This document shows positions 58,892-64,000 of a DNA stretch of 64,000 bases, one piece after another. Under the pieces are notes generated by a model, which worked only from the letters and a program-made list of their open reading frames with translations, had not been told where the DNA came from and made no database searches. The stretch comes from Trueperaceae bacterium (GTDB taxonomy: Bacteria; Deinococcota; Deinococci; Deinococcales; Trueperaceae). The stretch is taken from NCBI GenBank assembly GCA_965213705.1, contig OZ243913.1, positions 3,328,001-3,392,000 of the forward strand. The letters are read 5' to 3'. Numbering within the stretch: position 1 is the stretch's first letter; each line of letters begins with the position of its first letter. Position numbers and translations under genes: made by a program.

Positions 58892-59802
58892 GGCACGCTC
58901 CGGCTCGGCAAGTCGGGGCGCGCGCGCAGGCCGAGAAGCTCGCGTGTCTGAGCGGGCGTGGCAATCTCGCGGCCGAGAAGCCGGGCGAGGTCGACCACCT
59001 TGCGAACCAAGTCGCCGTTGTGGGGGGTTCCGAAGCGTTCATAGGGCGCGTCACCCAAGCCTATGGCGACGTGCCCGCCCAGCGTGATGGCCCAGGCGGC
59101 TACCGGCAGCACGTCGCCATTCCAGGACAAGACGAGCCACGGCTCGCCCGCGGGTATGGCCGCCACCAGTGCTTGCAAGGCGTGGATCTCGCTCGGCGTG
59201 CCGCTCGGCATGGTTTCGCCGGAAAAGACAAACTCCCACAAGGGCGCTTTATGTAACAAGCCCATCTCCTGAAAACAGCGGGCCGTCCGTACTTGGCCTA
59301 AGTCCCAGCAGACCGCGGTGACGAAGACATCGTGCGCCTTGAAGACCTCCAACACGCTTTTTAGGTTTGCGCGGCTGTTTCTGTAGACACGGTCGGTCGT
59401 CTCAAACCGTTTTGTCTGCGGGTTCCAAAAGTCCACGTTGAGCGAGCCGAAGTCCACCGGGGCCAACTCGACCTTGAGGCGCAAGTCGTCGTTGACGGCC
59501 AAGACGTGTTTGACCCGCTCGCTTATGTCCTCCTGAGTGATGTAGCCGAGCGTCGGGTGAATCAGCAGGTCGGTCTGCTCACGAATGCCCGTGATGACGT
59601 CTAAGTAGAGTTCAACATCGTTTTGCGGCTCGCCCGTTTGGGGGTTGCGCCCGTGCCAATGAAAAACCGACGCGCCCGCTTCCCAGGCGCGCACCGCCTC
59701 GCGGACGATTTCATCGGGGCCGTAGGGGAGGTTGGGGTTTCCGTTGCGGTACGCGGTTTCGTTGCAGCGGCATTCGATGATGAGGGGATTTGCCGCGTTC
59801 AT
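58888..59802 (-). CDS. Beta-keto acid cleavage enzyme (BKACE/DUF849)
   Basis: NPNLPYGPDEI, EAGASVFHWHGR, GSLN, GGHVAIGLGD, EIATP. Confidence 0.88.
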   Translation of the reverse strand: MNAANPLIIECRCNETAYRNGNPNLPYGPDEIVREAVRAWEAGASVFHWHGRNPQTGEPQNDVELYLDVITGIREQTDLLIHPTLGYITQEDISERVKHVLAVNDDLRLKVELAPVDFGSLNVDFWNPQTKRFETTDRVYRNSRANLKSVLEVFKAHDVFVTAVCWDLGQVRTARCFQEMGLLHKAPLWEFVFSGETMPSGTPSEIHALQALVAAIPAGEPWLVLSWNGDVLPVAAWAITLGGHVAIGLGDAPYERFGTPHNGDLVRKVVDLARLLGREIATPAQTRELLGLRARPDLPSRSVP

Positions 59803-61784
59803 AAAAGCTCCTTGGCGGCGGCGACGATGTCGCGCCAGCCCGGAATGCTGGCGCGCTCCAAGTCGCTTTGGTAGGGCATGGGGTGATGCGGCGCGCCGAG
59901 GCGTTTGATGGGTTTTTCAAGCTCGTCGAAGGCCTGCTCGCCGATGAGCGCCGCCATTTCCGCCCCGATGCCCATAAACGTGACCGCCTCGTGAATGATA
60001 ACCACGCGTCCGGTCTTTTTCGCCGACGCGACCAAGGTGTCGGTGTCGAGTGGATAGAGGCTGCGCGGGTCGATAACCTCGGCGCTGACCCCTACACGCT
60101 CGAGCTGTTTGGCCGCCGTGACGGCCTGCTTGACCATCGCTTGGGTGGCAATAAGGGTAACGTCCGTACCAGCGCGAACTGTGTTGGCCTTGCCAATTTG
60201 GAGGTAGTAGGGCGCTTCGGGCACCGCGGCCTTGTCGAACAGCAGCGACTTGCTCTCGATGAAGACCACCGGGTTGTCGTCGCGGATGGCGGCGAGCAGC
60301 AAACCCTTGGCGTCGTAGGCGTTCGACGGGGCCAACACGACGAGCCCCGGCACGTGCGCGAACCAGGCTTCCAAATTCTGCGAGTGCTGCGCCGCCAACC
60401 TCACCCCGCCCCCGCCCGGGCCCCGCACCACGAGCGGCACGGTCGGGGTGCCGCCGAACATGAAGCGCATCTTGGCCGCTTGGTTAACGAGCGCGTCCAT
60501 CGCCAGGGTGACAAAATCAAAAATTTGAATCTCCACAACCGGCCTGAGCCCGGTGAGGGCCGCGCCCACCGCGAGCCCCACGAAGCCGAGTTCGGAAATC
60601 GGCGTGTCGCGCACGCGGGCGTCGCCAAACGCGTCATGCAGGCCTTCAGTCGCGCGAAAAATTCCGCCCATGCGGATGTCCTCGCCGATGACGACCACGT
60701 CGTCGTCCACCGCCATCGCCTGGTGCAGCGCCTCGCTGACGGCTTCGGACATGTAGAGTTTGCGTTCACCAGAAGCAGGTTCGCTTTCAGCTGTTTTGAA
60801 AGGTGCGTAGACTGAGGAAAGTAGGTCCTCGGCTCGAGCGTCTTCACTTTCTCGGGCGAACAGCACCGCCGCCTCAACCTCGGCCGCGACTTCTTCGCAT
60901 AAGCGCTCGAGCGCTTCGTCCTCCACCCCCGCTTCTTGTAGGGAGGTTGCAAAACGCGCTACCGGGTCGCGGGCGACCCAGGCTTCTCTCGAGCCGTCCT
61001 CAAAGGCGGGCAGGTTGGCGCGCAGCGAGTGCTGCATCTGCCGGTAAGTCAGGGCTTCGATAAATGCCGGGCCGTGACCCGAGCGCGCGGCTTCTGCAAA
61101 GCGGGCAACTGCGTCCCGCACGGCGAACACGTCGTTGCCGTCGACCACTTCGCTCGGCATGTCGTAGGCCGCGGCGCGCGCGGCGACGCTTTCCAGCGGG
61201 CGGCTGTCACGCCAGCTTGTGGTGAGCGCGAACTGGTTGTTTTCGCACAAAAACAGAACTGGCAGCTTCCACACGGCGGCCAGGTTCATGGCTTCGTGGG
61301 TCACGCCCTCACCCGCGGCCCCGTCGCCAAATACCGCCACCGCGACGCGGTCCTCGCCCTTGTTGAGCGCCCGCAGCGCCGCGCCGCAGGCCAGCGGCAG
61401 CCCCGCGCCCACTACACCGTTACACCCCAAAATGTTGAGGGATAAGTCGGCGATGTGCATTGAGCCGCCCAGGCCGCGGCAGTAACCCGTGCGCTTGCCC
61501 ATGAGTTCGGCCATCATCTTGTTGACGTCGCCGCCCTTGGCGATGACGTGTCCGTGGGAGCGGTGGTGTCCGGCCAGGTAGTCGTCAGGACGTAAGGCGC
61601 TCCCCAACCCGACCGCGACGGCTTCTTGTCCCACACAACTGTGCGCGGTGCCTTTGATGTCGCCGGCTGCGAACAGCTCGGCGGCGCGCTCCTCGAAGCG
61701 CCGGATGAGGAGGAGTTGCCGGTACAGCCCCAGCAGAGTTTCTTGTGACGCTGCCAGGTCCGTGGCGACCGTATCCACCGCCAC
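59799..61784 (-). CDS. Fused E1 alpha/beta TPP-dependent 2-oxoacid/acetoin dehydrogenase
   Basis: GQEA, HRSHGH, GGSMH, FGDGA...ENN in the alpha half; GEDI, DTPISE, AQHSQ in the beta half; start placed after GAGGA. Confidence 0.92.
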   Translation of the reverse strand: MAVDTVATDLAASQETLLGLYRQLLLIRRFEERAAELFAAGDIKGTAHSCVGQEAVAVGLGSALRPDDYLAGHHRSHGHVIAKGGDVNKMMAELMGKRTGYCRGLGGSMHIADLSLNILGCNGVVGAGLPLACGAALRALNKGEDRVAVAVFGDGAAGEGVTHEAMNLAAVWKLPVLFLCENNQFALTTSWRDSRPLESVAARAAAYDMPSEVVDGNDVFAVRDAVARFAEAARSGHGPAFIEALTYRQMQHSLRANLPAFEDGSREAWVARDPVARFATSLQEAGVEDEALERLCEEVAAEVEAAVLFARESEDARAEDLLSSVYAPFKTAESEPASGERKLYMSEAVSEALHQAMAVDDDVVVIGEDIRMGGIFRATEGLHDAFGDARVRDTPISELGFVGLAVGAALTGLRPVVEIQIFDFVTLAMDALVNQAAKMRFMFGGTPTVPLVVRGPGGGGVRLAAQHSQNLEAWFAHVPGLVVLAPSNAYDAKGLLLAAIRDDNPVVFIESKSLLFDKAAVPEAPYYLQIGKANTVRAGTDVTLIATQAMVKQAVTAAKQLERVGVSAEVIDPRSLYPLDTDTLVASAKKTGRVVIIHEAVTFMGIGAEMAALIGEQAFDELEKPIKRLGAPHHPMPYQSDLERASIPGWRDIVAAAKELL

Positions 61785-61785
61785 C

Positions 61786-62211
61786 CTAATCCTCTTTCCC
61801 AGCACCCGCGCCTGCACCCGCGTAAGCCGTGCATTTGATTTCTACCAAAATGCCGGGCATCGAAAAGCCGCTGACGGCAAAACCTGTCCAGGTCGGATAA
61901 CGGTTCACAAAATAGCGGTCCTTAACTTCCATAAACAGAGCCAGGTCGTTCATGTCTTTTGCAAAGTAGGTTTCGAGTCCGACGACATCGTCGAACTCCA
62001 ATCCAGCCGCTCGGAGAACCTTGCCTACGTTTTCGAAGGCTTGCGAAAACTGCGCAGCGGGGTCTGCGACGACGTTCAAGTTTTCGTCTCGACCCACCTG
62101 TCCGGAAACAAACAGAAAATCGCCCGCGCGAATGCCGGGCGCGTAGCGATAGCGCTCGAAAATGTTCTCCATACCCGCTGGTACGATGACTTGACGGTTT
62201 TCCTGCTTCAC
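61786..62211 (-). CDS. RidA family protein
   Basis: YAPG, LFVSGQVG, AFEN...L..AG, YPTWT, LVEI. Confidence 0.88.
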   Translation of the reverse strand: MKQENRQVIVPAGMENIFERYRYAPGIRAGDFLFVSGQVGRDENLNVVADPAAQFSQAFENVGKVLRAAGLEFDDVVGLETYFAKDMNDLALFMEVKDRYFVNRYPTWTGFAVSGFSMPGILVEIKCTAYAGAGAGAGKED

Positions 62212-62340
62212 TTCGGCTCCCTCACTCAACTTGAGCAAACAGCGTCCAGCGTTGCCTTTGCATGACCCACAGCGCTGCATACTTCTTTGTCAGCACCGCC
62301 TCAAACTTTAGATGCTGCCGACTCTAGCACAGAACTTCAC

Positions 62341-62355
62341 GATTGTCCAACAATC
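62341..62355. promoter_or_regulatory. Putative GntR/FadR operator
   Basis: GATTGT-CCA-ACAATC inverted repeat in the divergent region between the operon and gntR. Confidence 0.65.
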
Positions 62356-62397
62356 CTACGATTGACATAGTGAAGCTGGCCTCTGTATCTTTGGGGG

Positions 62398-63084
62398 GTG
62401 ACCACCAGAGTAGCGAAAGTCAAAAAGACATCGTTGACTGAGCTAGTTGTAACCAATCTCAGGACCTCCATCGTCAGTGGAGCGTTGCCACCAGGAACGC
62501 ACTTGGCCGAAGCCCAGCTAACAAAGCAACTAGGTGTGAGTCGCGGCTCATTGCGTGAGGCTTTCGTGCAGCTCGAGGCCCAGGGACTCGTCGAGTCCTA
62601 TCCAGGTCGCGGTTCGTTTGTGACCGAACTTTTCGAAGACGACATCAGCGAAATCTACGCGCTCAGGCTCGTGCTGGAAAAAGAGGCAGTTCGTTTGTTC
62701 ACTCACCGGGCGAGCCCGGCAGAGGTAGCTACGCTGAAAAACTTGAGCGAAGACATGGTGGCGGCTGACATGGTTAAGGACACCGCGACCATCGTGCAGC
62801 TTAATCTCGAGTATCACAACCTTGTTTGGAAGGCTGCTGGCAACCAACGTCTATACGACCTGTTGCGGACGCTTTACGGGCAAGTTCAACTTTACTTAGC
62901 GTCGGCAATGCAGTTGCAATCGCAGGAAAAACGTTCACAAACGCTTCAGGAACACCGGGATTTGGTGGCGGCGGTGGCAGCGACCGAAACTGATAAGGCT
63001 GTAGCCATCATGCAGGTTCACCTTGAAGAAGCCGAGCGGCTTGTCAAATTATTTTTGTTGCAAAGTGGTCAACACGTCTCGTAA
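62398..63084 (+). CDS. GntR family transcriptional regulator (FCD domain)
   Basis: LPPG.HL.E..L...LGVSRGSLREA, PGRG, AGNQRL, EH. Confidence 0.93.
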   Translation: MTTRVAKVKKTSLTELVVTNLRTSIVSGALPPGTHLAEAQLTKQLGVSRGSLREAFVQLEAQGLVESYPGRGSFVTELFEDDISEIYALRLVLEKEAVRLFTHRASPAEVATLKNLSEDMVAADMVKDTATIVQLNLEYHNLVWKAAGNQRLYDLLRTLYGQVQLYLASAMQLQSQEKRSQTLQEHRDLVAAVAATETDKAVAIMQVHLEEAERLVKLFLLQSGQHVS

Positions 63085-63158
63085 CGGAAGCTACCCAGCC
63101 GAAATTTCGACCTTCGGCCCCTCAAGGCCCGTTGACCGGACGTGACGGTTCAGGTTGC

Positions 63159-63588
63159 TCACAAGCCCGTGGGTTCAGTCAAAAGGGTCTCGCTGCGCCC
63201 CCGCCTCCAGAAAGGCGCGACCACCCTGCCCTTTCGACGCGCGCGCAGAATCAGGAAAGACCCGGCCGTCAAACAGACGAGCGTAGCCACCACCGAGGCT
63301 TCCATCCCGAAAGCGCCACCCGAAAGAAGCGCAGGGCCTGTCAGCTCACCCTGTAAAAGCCCGTCGAAGGCGAAGCCGGAAATGGGACTGCCGAAGATGC
63401 CGCCTTGGGTAAAATTCCAAGCCACGTGAAGGCCGACGGCAAACCACAAACGCCGGGTGAGCATGTACACCGTAGCCAACAAAACGCCCGCCTCGAGCGC
63501 GATGGCTAGCGCGCCGACCAGGGTCGCGTTGGGATTGCCTAAGTGTGCAACCCCAAAAAACAACGCCGATAACAGCAGGGCCAGCCAA
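63159..63588 (-). pseudogene. CPBP (CAAX protease/Abi) membrane protein, 5' end lost
   Basis: FFGVAHLGNP, GLHVAWNF, GGAFGMEAS; N-terminal half with the EExxxR motif is replaced by IS1 sequence. Confidence 0.8.
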
Positions 63589-63589
63589 C

Positions 63590-63957
63590 AAAAGCCGAGA
63601 CGACACTGCCGCTTAGGGCTACGCTCGTTGTTCCCAACAGCCCCAAAGCGGTGCAACTCGAACTCGACGAGCTGTGGTCGTTTGTGGGTCGTAAAGACAA
63701 CAAACGGTGGATTTGGTTGGCGCTCCGTAAACAGACTCGGCAGGTCGTCGCTTGTGTCATAGGTGGCCGTGGGGTTGTGCTACTTGCTGCAAACTGTGGG
63801 ACAACATCCCTGAGGCTTATAAACAAGGCATCTTGTTCAGTGACTTCTGGGAGGCTTACGAGCTAGTTCTCCCTGACGAACAACACCAAGCCGTCGGCAA
63901 AGATTCAGGTCTGAGCGCTCACGTTGAACGCTTCAACAACACCATCCGCCAGCGGAC
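63590..63957 (+). mobile_element. IS1-family transposase remnant (frameshifted)
   Basis: ELDELWSFVGRKDNKRWIWLA, then a frame change near 63780 to SDFWEAY...HVERFNNTIRQR; similarity stops after RQR. Confidence 0.88.
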
Positions 63958-64000
63958 AGGCCCGGAAGGTGCCGTTTTGTCCAGGACAACGACTGGCTCG

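Overview
GC-rich bacterial chromosome segment. Gene content (cinA-recA-rny, a TCHKT-type bacilliredoxin, Deinococcus-style integrase, probable leaderless genes) points to Deinococcota, probably Truepera-like; this is an inference. Core blocks are: a urate/allantoin catabolic operon (0.8-5.9 kb); stress and redox genes; two ABC systems; a VWA + AAA pair; cinA-recA-rny; gatB; a six-gene glycosylation locus with a GT-C/AftD-like membrane protein (35.1-43.0 kb); heme A/O biogenesis genes; gabT; and tRNA-Trp. After tRNA-Trp lies a decayed genomic island with a truncated integrase, a TRAP transporter, an orphan catabolic cluster and an IS1 remnant. The most unusual locus is a lower-GC patch at 15.6-16.7 kb, largely missed by the ORF track. 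It holds a 115-nt tRNA-shaped RNA with an enlarged anticodon loop and very long variable arm, a PIN toxin-antitoxin remnant, and two attC sites (integron cassettes with no integrase in the window). Window-wide signals are CTCGAG enrichment, GATC avoidance and many ~15-bp tandem duplications. All calls are by eye and from recalled family motifs; no searches were run.
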